Shown here: positions 26,742-36,359 of the stretch, in pieces
Layout: each line of letters opens with the position of its first letter
Numbering within the stretch: the stretch's first letter is position 1
Notes under the pieces: model-generated
The model's database searches: none
Told to the model about the DNA's origin: nothing
What the model saw: the letters and a program-made list of their open reading frames with translations, nothing else
Virus record (IMG/VR): IMGVR_UViG_3300005914_000010
Span: 1 to 54,041 of that record
Length of the DNA stretch: 54,041 nucleotides
Origin: a virus
Lineage: Duplodnaviria > Caudoviricetes
Strand: one strand, 5' to 3'
Made by a program: the position numbers and the translations under genes

Positions 26742-27863
26742 GGAAAAGGGGCAGGGTTACTATCTACTGAATACGCAGGTGTATTTGTAGTAGACGATGC
26801 AATAAAACCCAAAGACGCGTATTCTAATACGATACGAGCAGAAATAAATGACCGTTTCGATAACACTTTTCAATCGCGTTTAGCGAACGATGGAGTTGTA
26901 CAAGATGACAACGGTAATTTGATAGAATGTCCTAGAACACCTATGGTTATAATAATGCAGAGAGTGCATGATGAAGATCTAGTTGGACATATACTAAGAG
27001 GTGGCAGTTCAGATGAATACGTTTGGCTTAATATACCAGGAGTAGTCACGCCAGATTGTGGTACCAAGAAATGGTACGATACTCTTATTAAAGGTCAGGC
27101 CTACACTCATGCAATACCTTATTTGTATGACTTAAAACGTGAAGAACCACTGTCTGCCTTATGGCCAAGCCGTAAAAGCTTGCAATCTCTTTTAAGAATG
27201 AAAGAGTCCAATCCATACACTTTTAATTCACAGTATCTCGGAGATCCAACCGCTAAAGGTACAGGTCTCGTGGACGGTGATTGGTGGGTTGAATACGAAG
27301 AATTAGATAAAGCGAATATAAAGCGTACTTTCATGACGGCTGATACAGCGTCAACGAAGCAAGATTATTCCGATTACTCCATAGTTTGCCTATGGGGAAT
27401 TACTAGGGATAATAAGCTTATCTTAATAGATATTATAATAGGGAAGTGGGAGACACCAGAATTGAAAATAGAATTGATTAAATTCTGGAAGAAACACACG
27501 GATAATTTTGATGTCAATTTCCCCTTGTTATTGCCTACGGCATTATACATGGAGGATAAATCAAGTGGACAGTTCTTAAACCAACAGTTTGCTAGAGATG
27601 GCGCGATCAGAGTTCTACCAATTCCCAAAGATAAGAGCTCAGGGGATAAAGTCGCTAGATTCCTTAATACTGTACCTTATTGGGCACAGGAAAGAATATT
27701 AATGCCAGCAGAACATAAGCATAAAGCCCACATAATGCGGGAAACATTGAATATGACAGGCCTCGGCAGCGGTACAGGACACGATGATTTCATCGACAAT
27801 GTATCGGACGCTGTAGTAGTTGCATTTAGTGCTCCCTCAGCAAATTATGATTTATGGGCATAG
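26742..27863 (+). CDS. terL: terminase large subunit, exon 2
   Basis: Walker B VFVVDD, MQRVH, nuclease DTA and HDDFID. Confidence 0.9.
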   Translation, partial: GKGAGLLSTEYAGVFVVDDAIKPKDAYSNTIRAEINDRFDNTFQSRLANDGVVQDDNGNLIECPRTPMVIIMQRVHDEDLVGHILRGGSSDEYVWLNIPGVVTPDCGTKKWYDTLIKGQAYTHAIPYLYDLKREEPLSALWPSRKSLQSLLRMKESNPYTFNSQYLGDPTAKGTGLVDGDWWVEYEELDKANIKRTFMTADTASTKQDYSDYSIVCLWGITRDNKLILIDIIIGKWETPELKIELIKFWKKHTDNFDVNFPLLLPTALYMEDKSSGQFLNQQFARDGAIRVLPIPKDKSSGDKVARFLNTVPYWAQERILMPAEHKHKAHIMRETLNMTGLGSGTGHDDFIDNVSDAVVVAFSAPSANYDLWA

Positions 27864-27877
27864 GAGAACAATAATAT

Positions 27878-28060
27878 ATGGCTATTAAGACAAGATTAGA
27901 CAAACGTTCCGAAGGGAACAGTGAGCTAATAATTGTAGACACAGAAACAGGTGCGGTAGTCGCTAAAATATCTGCAGTTAGCAATAAAATTGAGTTAGAG
28001 ATAACCACTGTTTCAGGCTTACATATCGAGAAACCTAACGGTTACTCAAGCAAACGCTAG
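27878..28060 (+). CDS. small hypothetical protein
   Basis: AGGAG SD; between terminase and portal. Confidence 0.7.
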   Translation: MAIKTRLDKRSEGNSELIIVDTETGAVVAKISAVSNKIELEITTVSGLHIEKPNGYSSKR

Positions 28061-28069
28061 GAGACTTAG

Positions 28070-29380
28070 ATGTCTGAATCCTACAAAGATAGAGTAGAGA
28101 AATTCACAGGATTGAAGGATGGTTTAGAGAATGTAATGACAGGATTAGGTGGGGAGAATGATAAAAGCTCCTCTAATAGTTGGGTCAATACGGGTAAGAA
28201 TAAAGATCACCCGCAGTTAACTGCCCGGTATCGCGAAGATTGGATTGCACAAAAAGTATGTAACATAATACCCCAAGATATGACTCGTGAATGGAGAATG
28301 ATAGATACCGAAGAAGGCGTACAGGCAGATAAAGAATTCAATGTCCGTGGTATGTTTCGTGATGCACAGAAATGGGCAAGAGTATATGGTACTTCATGCA
28401 TACTACTAGATCTAAAAGGGACAGGTGATATTTCTAAGCCTCTGAATCTCAAAAGATTAAAACCAAATTGCATACGCACTTTGCAAGTAGTGGATAGAAC
28501 TAGACTGTTTCCTGTAGGGGAAGTAGACTATAATCCATTGAGCCCCAACTATGGCAACCCACAAACTTATATACTTGGTGGTAGTTCACAGCGTATTCAT
28601 TCCAGTAGAATACTAAGATTTGAAGGCACAGAACTAACTAGATATGAGCAATGGCGAAACCAATGGTATTCAGATTCTGTACTGATACCGCTAATGACCA
28701 CTATGGATAACTTCCATGTAGCAGCTCAATCAGCATCTGCTCTTACGCAAGAAGCGTGTGCAGATGTAGTCACAGTGGAAGGTCTACAGAATATACTGAC
28801 AAATCCTACTGGCGAACAAGCTATGATGAAGCGGTTCAGAATCATGAAACAAATGAAGTCTGTCCACAACATTATATTGCTAGATAGCACGGAAGCGTAT
28901 GATACGAAAACGTTATCTCTCAGTGGTGTAAAAGACCTTATCTGGGAATATCTTAGAGTAGTAGCAGCAGCAGTTGGAGTACCAGCAACAAGATTTCTAT
29001 CAGCAAGTCCTGATGGTATGAATGCTACAGGGGAATCAGATCTTAACAATTACATAGATATGCTGAAAGGGCATCAGGTGGCTCAATTCGACCCACGATT
29101 GAAAGTAATTGATAAGATATTACAAGCGCACTACGATATCCCTCCATGGGAATACGAGTGGAACTGTATATTTCCTGAATCAGAAATACAAAAGACTGAA
29201 AGAGAAAAGACATTAGCTGAAACACTTCAGATACTTGTCAACACATTTATTATAAGCGCTGATGAAGCAAAAGAAATCTTGAGATCGAAACAGACTTATA
29301 AGGGCGTAGACTTAAGTGCTAAAGCACCAACTCCGCCGCCAGAAACAAAACCAAACGGAGACTCAAATGCAAAGAAATAG
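28070..29380 (+). CDS. portal protein (DUF1073-like)
   Basis: position; YREDWIA, DMTREW, PATRFLS.SP.G.NATGESD..NY motifs. Confidence 0.9.
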   Translation: MSESYKDRVEKFTGLKDGLENVMTGLGGENDKSSSNSWVNTGKNKDHPQLTARYREDWIAQKVCNIIPQDMTREWRMIDTEEGVQADKEFNVRGMFRDAQKWARVYGTSCILLDLKGTGDISKPLNLKRLKPNCIRTLQVVDRTRLFPVGEVDYNPLSPNYGNPQTYILGGSSQRIHSSRILRFEGTELTRYEQWRNQWYSDSVLIPLMTTMDNFHVAAQSASALTQEACADVVTVEGLQNILTNPTGEQAMMKRFRIMKQMKSVHNIILLDSTEAYDTKTLSLSGVKDLIWEYLRVVAAAVGVPATRFLSASPDGMNATGESDLNNYIDMLKGHQVAQFDPRLKVIDKILQAHYDIPPWEYEWNCIFPESEIQKTEREKTLAETLQILVNTFIISADEAKEILRSKQTYKGVDLSAKAPTPPPETKPNGDSNAKK

Positions 29381-30467
29381 TGCATTAGTGAAATTCTGTG
29401 ATGAAGCAGAAACAATTGGTCTGTACGACTTTGCTTTAGACTTACCTACACAACGTAAGTTTAAAGATAGTGGTCAGATGGTTGCGCCAGCTACAATTGC
29501 TCGCACAGGTATTATGCAATATCGCGCAGGGCAATGTGGCGCTTTATTTGCAGACCGTGATCCTAACTCAACAGTTAGTATCATGACAGAAGCCGCTGAT
29601 TTATTTTGCAAGGATTCAATTGCATCTTATCACTCAGCCCCAATTACAATTGAACACCCACCTTCAGATGTTACTGCAGGCAATTCGAAAGAATTCCAAA
29701 AAGGACATATTGACGGAGTACCATTTGCAGATGAAGCAGAAGGTATGTTGGCAGCAAGTATTGTACTAAGTGATAGCGATGCTATTAACATTGTGGAAGC
29801 TGGCACATCGCAATTATCTTCTGGGCACTCCTGTGTTCTAGTAATGGCCGATGCTGGAGCAGACTACGATGCTAAGAAGACCATGATACGTGCTAATCAC
29901 GTTGCTATTGTAGCCCGTGGTAGAGCAGGTAATGCTGAAATAGCAGACGCAGCTGATGCAGAAACTGCTGAAACTAAATTGGCAGACGCTGAATCAAGAT
30001 TGGTATTAAAAGATGGAGAGTTGTCAATTATCACAGCCCAATTAGATGCTTCGAAAGAAGATCTAGAAAAGGCTCGTAGCAAGTTAGCAGACTCAGAAGT
30101 TAGATTCAAAGACGAAGTTGAAAGTGCTGTAAAGGCAAAGCTAGCATTCCTAGCAATTGCAAGTAAATTTACAGATACTGATCTAGTTGGTATGAATGAG
30201 AAAGAAGCAAAACTTCTTATACTCAAAGACAGCTTGAAGAAAGACTTCTCAAGTAAAGATAAAGTCTACATTGATGCACGATTCGACGCATTCCTTGATT
30301 CCAAATTGGAAGAAGAAGACGACGACAATAATTCAATTGCAGCGATATTAGCAGACGATGCAAAGAATAAAGAGAAACTGGTAGATACAGAAGTACCTGC
30401 AGAAAATAGTAAAGCGCGTCAGAAGATGATTGACCGCAATTCAAACAAAACAAAGAAGGAATATTAA
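29367..30467 (+). CDS. prohead protease/scaffold (DUF2213-like)
   Basis: ARTGIMQY, PITIEHP, LSSG, NHVAIV.RGRAG; coiled-coil C-half; GGAG SD before 29367. Confidence 0.88.
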   Translation: MQRNSALVKFCDEAETIGLYDFALDLPTQRKFKDSGQMVAPATIARTGIMQYRAGQCGALFADRDPNSTVSIMTEAADLFCKDSIASYHSAPITIEHPPSDVTAGNSKEFQKGHIDGVPFADEAEGMLAASIVLSDSDAINIVEAGTSQLSSGHSCVLVMADAGADYDAKKTMIRANHVAIVARGRAGNAEIADAADAETAETKLADAESRLVLKDGELSIITAQLDASKEDLEKARSKLADSEVRFKDEVESAVKAKLAFLAIASKFTDTDLVGMNEKEAKLLILKDSLKKDFSSKDKVYIDARFDAFLDSKLEEEDDDNNSIAAILADDAKNKEKLVDTEVPAENSKARQKMIDRNSNKTKKEY

Positions 30468-30470
30468 TAT

Positions 30471-30965
30471 ATGCCAGTTCAAACTTCATATAGTCTTTAC
30501 ACTCGCGACGCGGTCGTTGGTGCGTTATACGGCATCACTCTTACAAACTCTGTACGTCACTCTGGCGTAAACATTGGTTCAGCTGCAATTAGCTTTGGTC
30601 TTGGAGTTAAGAATGTTGCTGGCTTAGGCAACGATCGTCAAGTAGAGCTTGGCTCAGGCGCATTTGTAGACGGCATCTCAATGCGTCAAATCGACAAGCA
30701 AATGAACGTTGTTCCAGGTACTGGAGCTATTGCTTACCAAAAAAACGAAGTAGTTGGCATCCTAAAAGATGGTTATATCAACGTGTTACTACAAGCAGGA
30801 GCCGCAGCTGTCAAAGGCGCAGCTGCATTCGTGCACGCTACTAATGGCACATTCGCTGCTGACGCAACTGGTACTCATGTATCAACTACTAATGTGACTT
30901 TCGAGTCAACTGGCGTAGCTGGTGATATCGTAGTAGTAAACATCACACGCTCTTTACAAGCATAA
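30471..30965 (+). CDS. capsid decoration/cement protein
   Basis: position before the major capsid gene; Gly/Ala/Val-rich beta protein. Confidence 0.75.
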   Translation: MPVQTSYSLYTRDAVVGALYGITLTNSVRHSGVNIGSAAISFGLGVKNVAGLGNDRQVELGSGAFVDGISMRQIDKQMNVVPGTGAIAYQKNEVVGILKDGYINVLLQAGAAAVKGAAAFVHATNGTFAADATGTHVSTTNVTFESTGVAGDIVVVNITRSLQA

Positions 30966-30977
30966 TTAGGGAATAAC

Positions 30978-32027
30978 ATGAAAAGATTAGTTAAATTTAA
31001 AGACAGTAAAGGCGTAGTACAAGAAGTAGAGTTGCGTGCAGACATTGCCAAGCTAGTGGATAGCACTGCGTCAATGAATGATGACGATGGTTTGTTCTTC
31101 CAGCGTCAGCTTGAGGCCATTGAAGCCCAAACATATGACGTCCTATACCCGCATCTTGAAGCACGTGATTGCTTTATTACAAACACATACGGTGGCGCTG
31201 GTGCAAGATCACTTACGTACCGTTCATACGATCGAATCGGTAAAGCTCAGGTAATCAATGCCCGCGCAACTGATCTACCTAAGTCTGACATCTCTGGTAA
31301 AGAATATTCAATTGGTGTAGTGTCAATTGGTGTTGCTTATGACTATGATATCGATGAAGTAGCTGCTGCTGCAATGACAGGTATGCCTCTTGAAGCTCGT
31401 AAGGCTATGGCTGCACGTGCTGGCTATGAAGAGTTTATCAACCAAACTTCTTGGTTCGGTGATGCGACTTCTAACCTACAAGGTTTCTTCTCAGAAGCTA
31501 ATGCTGTAGCTCGTGCTAAAGTAGCAACTGGTGTTGGTGGTTTCCTATGGTCTCAGAAAACTCCCGATGAAATCCTAGCGGATCTTAACGAAGCGTGCTC
31601 TCAAATGTTCGCTGGTACAAAGAAAATTCATCGCCCTGCACAACTATGGTTAGGCGTAGCACAATGGAACTACATCCGTAGTACCCCTCGTTCAAACGTT
31701 TCAGACACAACTATCTTAAACTATTGGCTACAGAACAATGAGTTCATCACTGACAGAAGTAGCGTCAAGATGTTGAACATGCTTGACACCGCGATAACTA
31801 CTGCAGAAACTGCAGGCGATAGTGAGCCTCTAACTGACGGTGTGTTTATCATAATTAATGACAAGACACCAGACGGTCAAGAGACTGTACGTATGCGTGA
31901 ACCTTTACCACTTCAATTCTTGCCAGTACAGTTACATGGCTTAGTATACGAAGTGCCAGGACGTGGCCGCTTCGCAGGCGTAGAAGTAACTTATCCACGC
32001 GCAATGGATATCTTCTACGGCGTGTAA
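30978..32027 (+). CDS. major capsid protein (DUF2184-like)
   Basis: FFQRQLEAIE..Y, WSQKTPDEI..D, GVEVTYP motifs; size and position. Confidence 0.9.
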   Translation: MKRLVKFKDSKGVVQEVELRADIAKLVDSTASMNDDDGLFFQRQLEAIEAQTYDVLYPHLEARDCFITNTYGGAGARSLTYRSYDRIGKAQVINARATDLPKSDISGKEYSIGVVSIGVAYDYDIDEVAAAAMTGMPLEARKAMAARAGYEEFINQTSWFGDATSNLQGFFSEANAVARAKVATGVGGFLWSQKTPDEILADLNEACSQMFAGTKKIHRPAQLWLGVAQWNYIRSTPRSNVSDTTILNYWLQNNEFITDRSSVKMLNMLDTAITTAETAGDSEPLTDGVFIIINDKTPDGQETVRMREPLPLQFLPVQLHGLVYEVPGRGRFAGVEVTYPRAMDIFYGV

Positions 32028-32038
32028 ACAATCTTTAT

Positions 32039-32062
32039 GGGGGAGTACGAACTCCCTCTCAT
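32039..32062 (+). terminator. hairpin/terminator after the major capsid gene
   Basis: GGGAGT-ACGA-ACTCCC followed by a pyrimidine tract. Confidence 0.5.
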
Positions 32063-32074
32063 TAGGAGAATCAA

Positions 32075-32563
32075 ATGCAATTAAAGAATAATATGTCTCG
32101 ACCTTTCAAGGCAGTAATTAATACAAACCCAGATGCAACTGTTGATAAAATGAGTGTAGATGGAGAAGTGATTGGCAAAAAGCCAGCCATGCGTATACTA
32201 AAAACAATCCATATAGGCGCTGGTGCCACAGCAGAAATTGATGATTCAGACTGGCATATCCTATGGGATAGCAGAGGTCAAGGTGCAGGTGGGATTGAAG
32301 AAACAATCGAAGAGCACCATAAAATAAAAGATCAAGATGGCAAGCCTTTAGCTGTGAAGAGAAAAGAAGTGATCACAACAAAGACTATCTTTAATTATCG
32401 CAATATGGTTAGTAATAAATCTATTGAAATAGTTGAAAAGGCTCAGCCGAAACAAACATCTGAACAACAAATCAAAATGATTAGGGAAACTCTTGGTCTC
32501 AAAGATTGGAAACCAAAAGATTCAGAAGACTTAGAAGAGATGTTCAATAAAGTTATAGGCTAA
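32075..32563 (+). CDS. hypothetical protein (head module)
   Basis: AGGAG SD. Confidence 0.75.
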   Translation: MQLKNNMSRPFKAVINTNPDATVDKMSVDGEVIGKKPAMRILKTIHIGAGATAEIDDSDWHILWDSRGQGAGGIEETIEEHHKIKDQDGKPLAVKRKEVITTKTIFNYRNMVSNKSIEIVEKAQPKQTSEQQIKMIRETLGLKDWKPKDSEDLEEMFNKVIG

Positions 32564-32566
32564 ACT

Positions 32567-32932
32567 ATGGTAACATTTGCAACATGGGTAATTCGTTACC
32601 CGCAATTTGCTGAAATCTTAGAAGAAGTCTTTGATATATTTAAAGAAGATGCTAACATAGAGATGGGTACCGATGAGAGTCGTTGGTACGACACATACAA
32701 TGTAGCTCAATCAGCGCTAATTGCCCACGGTGTTGCTATGTACAATAGTTATAAAACTGGAGATGATACCCCACTCCAGCCTATACGTACAAAAGAAGTC
32801 GATGATGTTATGGTTGAGTTCGCTGTATCGAGAGATATGCAGAACAATCTTGATCCTCTATTGTCAACTACTTATGGGCAACAATATCTTAAGTGGCGAC
32901 GGCAAGCATTTGCTGGTCCAAGGATGCCTTAA
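32567..32932 (+). CDS. head-tail adaptor (DUF4054-like)
   Basis: YPQF N-terminus, AH, TTYGQQY motif. Confidence 0.8.
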   Translation: MVTFATWVIRYPQFAEILEEVFDIFKEDANIEMGTDESRWYDTYNVAQSALIAHGVAMYNSYKTGDDTPLQPIRTKEVDDVMVEFAVSRDMQNNLDPLLSTTYGQQYLKWRRQAFAGPRMP

Positions 32933-33315
32933 TGATTAGTATGCATGAAGCATTTAGTAGCCAGACTACTACTACAGTAGCATTACGAAGATATACTGAA
33001 GGTGAATGGAACGTAGATAACGTATGGTCAGGGGAAGGGTATGAAGCCCCTGTTGATATATCTGCAACTCCAATACCAATAGGCGAAAGACAAACTGGTA
33101 CGCACGGGGAGAACTTACTCCCAAATACAACAGGCGAGCGCACACCTGCTTCAATGAAATTTACATCTAGAACAGAATTAAACCTAAAAGATATATTAAT
33201 TTATAGAGGGTTATTTTACAAGATGACTAGAAAAGGTGATTTCAATGCAGCTGGTTACTTCACTGCTGTGGGGATATCGTACAGCACCTTCGAATTAGCT
33301 TTTGGGGGTGGATAA
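32932..33315 (+). CDS. head closure/neck protein
   Basis: position; TAATG coupling; LLP..GER pattern. Confidence 0.65.
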   Translation: MISMHEAFSSQTTTTVALRRYTEGEWNVDNVWSGEGYEAPVDISATPIPIGERQTGTHGENLLPNTTGERTPASMKFTSRTELNLKDILIYRGLFYKMTRKGDFNAAGYFTAVGISYSTFELAFGGG

Positions 33316-33836
33316 TGACGGATATCGATGTATCTAAAATGATGAAGTTGGTAGACCTAGCTTTAAATAAGCCAGGATATACTTACCCAATGCAACTAAA
33401 TGCTAGAAAGCCTGATATTCCTTTTGCGAGTGTTATGAAGATAAAAGAGCATAATCCAGGACAGGATAAAGTTGAAACTGTAGAAGTAGAAGGTGTAATA
33501 ACCACTACGACTGTTGGGGTAAGATTAATACAATTCAAAGTACTGTTCACTGAAGGTGATGAAGAACAATCAAGATTCATAACTAGTTTTAGGCGACAGG
33601 CTATATTAGATTTTATGGCATCAGAAGACTTAGCTATAATGGCTCACTTCCCTGCTGACAATGAAAATCTAACATTGGAAACCAACTGGGAAGTCAGAGA
33701 TGGCGTATTAGTAACGTGCATGGTTAGAAGAACATACACTCACGAAGAGCAAATAATAGAAGAATCAGAAATTACAGGAACATACAACGAGGGTGAAACC
33801 TCAATTGATATGGTAATACATTCTTCTATAAAATAA
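33315..33836 (+). CDS. tail terminator/neck protein
   Basis: position immediately before the sheath gene. Confidence 0.6.
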   Translation: MTDIDVSKMMKLVDLALNKPGYTYPMQLNARKPDIPFASVMKIKEHNPGQDKVETVEVEGVITTTTVGVRLIQFKVLFTEGDEEQSRFITSFRRQAILDFMASEDLAIMAHFPADNENLTLETNWEVRDGVLVTCMVRRTYTHEEQIIEESEITGTYNEGETSIDMVIHSSIK

Positions 33837-33850
33837 TTTAAGGAATTTAA

Positions 33851-35266
33851 ATGAGTATACCTATTTCTCATGTAGTAAGTGTCAATATCTCATTGTCGCC
33901 TACTGCAATCCCACTTAGAGGTTTCGGTCAACTAGCAATGGTTACTGACGAAACACCTGAAGTGGCTGGAGGCTTTAATGTAATTGAACGTATTCGTACG
34001 TATGGTTCGTTAGCCGCTGTCAATGTAGACTTCTTGACAGGTACTGAAGTATCTAACGCTGCGACATCTTACTATGCCCAAAAAGCAGAACTATTTTCTG
34101 TAGTATTAGCTTCGGATAGCGTAACAGCTGGTAAGTTAATCGGTGGACCAACTGATACTTTCGCGAATATTAAATTGATAACCACCGGAACACTAGATAT
34201 AACAGTAGACGGTGTACTGGACGAAATCACTGGGCTAGACTTTAGCGCAGCAGCTGATGAGGATGCTGTAGCAGTTATACTATCAACTGCACTTACAGAT
34301 GCCACTTGCTTATACGTTGGTACAATCTTTGAAATCACGTCTGACACAACTGGAGTAACTTCAACAGTAAGCTTCCCCTCAATCAGTGATGCTGCGACAG
34401 CATTAGGATTAGTGGTAGGCGCTTCAACTGAAGATGGCCTAGGCATTGAAACTCCTGCGGAAGCTTTAGCAGCTGCATACGCAATAACTAGAGACTTCTA
34501 TGGCGTAGTACTAAACCGTAAATGGCGTGATGATGATGCTAGTATAGACGTAGCGACATGGGTCGAAGCAAGTGAACGAGTATTCTTCAACACTTCCAAT
34601 AACCCTAGCAGCTTAACCTCTAGCACTAATCACATCATTGCAGACCTAAAAGCTATGACATTAGATCGTACCTTATCCTCTTACAGTTCTACACCTGCTG
34701 AATACCCTTCAGCCTCTGTTGCTGGCAGAGCATTCATTGTCAACTTTGAAGGTACTAATACTACCATTACGTTGAACTTGAAACAAGGTCCAACCATCAC
34801 TGTTGAAGATATGACTTTAAACCAGAAGTTAAATCTTGAGTCACATAACGGTAACGCTTTCGTTGTAATAACAGGTGTGAACGTTTACTCAGACTCCCGC
34901 ATGTCAAGTGCTAAATGGTTTGACTCTATTCACGGTACGGATTGGTTAGTAAACCGTGCTGAGACAGATGTATTCAATGTGAAGTTTCAATCTAATACTA
35001 AGATACCTTACACAGATGCTGGTGTTACAGTGTTGTATCAGGCCTTAGAAGGTGCATTACGACAGAGTGTAACAAATGGTTTAGTTGCACCTGGCAATGA
35101 TTTGGAAGGTAACTTCATGCCATTAGGTTATGAAATAACTGTTATTCCAGTCTCACAGGTTAGCCCTGCGGACAAAACGAACCGTATTTATCGTGGTCTA
35201 AGCTTCAAAGCTGCAGGTGCCAATGCCATTCATGGTAGTGTTATCTCTGGCGATTTTAACGGTTAA
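33851..35266 (+). CDS. contractile tail sheath (DUF3383-like)
   Basis: IPISHVVSV, KIPYTDAG, GAIH-type C-terminus. Confidence 0.9.
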   Translation: MSIPISHVVSVNISLSPTAIPLRGFGQLAMVTDETPEVAGGFNVIERIRTYGSLAAVNVDFLTGTEVSNAATSYYAQKAELFSVVLASDSVTAGKLIGGPTDTFANIKLITTGTLDITVDGVLDEITGLDFSAAADEDAVAVILSTALTDATCLYVGTIFEITSDTTGVTSTVSFPSISDAATALGLVVGASTEDGLGIETPAEALAAAYAITRDFYGVVLNRKWRDDDASIDVATWVEASERVFFNTSNNPSSLTSSTNHIIADLKAMTLDRTLSSYSSTPAEYPSASVAGRAFIVNFEGTNTTITLNLKQGPTITVEDMTLNQKLNLESHNGNAFVVITGVNVYSDSRMSSAKWFDSIHGTDWLVNRAETDVFNVKFQSNTKIPYTDAGVTVLYQALEGALRQSVTNGLVAPGNDLEGNFMPLGYEITVIPVSQVSPADKTNRIYRGLSFKAAGANAIHGSVISGDFNG

Positions 35267-35277
35267 GGAATAAGTAA

Positions 35278-35733
35278 ATGAAACAGTATAGTTTTTATAA
35301 CGTAGACTTATTAGTCGACGGTGTCACAATGGATGGTTATTCAGATAGCGCTGCAATCATAACCGCATCTCGTGCTGCTCCACAACATGGCAAGGTGATG
35401 GATGCGCGTGGTAAGATGGTAACAATAACATCTGCTGATAAATCAGGTGTAGTTACATTTGATCTATTACAAACATCTGATAGTAACACATTTATGCAAA
35501 CCTTAGCTTTAGCGTCTCATGATGCTGGAACTTCTGGTGCATCAGATGTGTTCCTACCTGTTCAAGTAATGTTGAATGACAAGATGGGTAAGACAGTAGT
35601 AACAGGTGTTAATGGTTTCATTACCATGCAACCTGGTATTGTCCGTGGTACTGGTATAGCAACCAATACTTGGGTAATGGAATTCGAACAGATATGGATC
35701 CTTCGTGGTCTATCTGAAACTGTAGGCGTATAA
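35278..35733 (+). CDS. tail tube protein (DUF3277-like)
   Basis: YSF, DKSG.VT..LLQTSDSN motif; follows the sheath gene. Confidence 0.85.
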   Translation: MKQYSFYNVDLLVDGVTMDGYSDSAAIITASRAAPQHGKVMDARGKMVTITSADKSGVVTFDLLQTSDSNTFMQTLALASHDAGTSGASDVFLPVQVMLNDKMGKTVVTGVNGFITMQPGIVRGTGIATNTWVMEFEQIWILRGLSETVGV

Positions 35734-35748
35734 TTTAGGAGAAGTTAG

Positions 35749-36153
35749 ATGGCAGCTAAAGATATAACTGGGATTATCAATGAAAAACCCGTGTTTGTCA
35801 AACAGTGGCCTGCTACCAAAGCCTTAGAGAATCTTAGTAAAGCTCTTTCAACATTCGGTCCTAGGATTGGTCCGTTTGTTGAAGGTAACTTTCTAATGGG
35901 TGACATAGTCTCCCTCTTAGATACCTCGGAAAGCGAAGTAGTAGTATCATTATTAAAAGAATTTGTATCTTCTGCAAGAATGGATGGTATAGAAGTAACA
36001 CCAGTACTGTTCGATAAGTACTATACAGGTGATTTATTATTTGTATTCAAAATATTCTCGTTCGTTTGTGAAGTGCAGTACAAAGATTTTTTCGAGCAAG
36101 GGCAGCGTCTAAAAGAAACCCGCCCAGAGCAAACTCAGAAGACGAAGAATTAG
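35749..36153 (+). CDS. tail assembly chaperone
   Basis: between tube and tape measure; KDFF at the slippery site. Confidence 0.8.
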   Translation: MAAKDITGIINEKPVFVKQWPATKALENLSKALSTFGPRIGPFVEGNFLMGDIVSLLDTSESEVVVSLLKEFVSSARMDGIEVTPVLFDKYYTGDLLFVFKIFSFVCEVQYKDFFEQGQRLKETRPEQTQKTKN

Positions 36154-36356
36154 ATCCTCTGGAAATAAAACCACTTGGCCTTCAAGAATTATTTCCGAAT
36201 ATAGATTTCTATTTGTATCGACCAATGATTGAAGAGCCGAGATTATGCGATCTACATCAATTACAAGACGGCACTTATAGTCTATATGACTTGTATATGT
36301 TTCATGAGTTACTAGACTTGAGGGAGCATATAAAAGAATCTAACAAGAAGGTTTAA
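35749..36356 (+). CDS. tail assembly chaperone, -1 frameshift extended form (~202 aa)
   Basis: T TTT TTC heptamer at 36087-36093; -1 frame open to TAA 36354-36356, ending 3 nt before the next ATG. Confidence 0.75.
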
Positions 36357-36359
36357 ATT

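Noticed and set aside
28070-29380. Anti-CBASS Acb1 (a label often auto-assigned to DUF1073 proteins)
   Set aside because: Size, position and motifs fit a portal only; no additional phosphodiesterase domain seen
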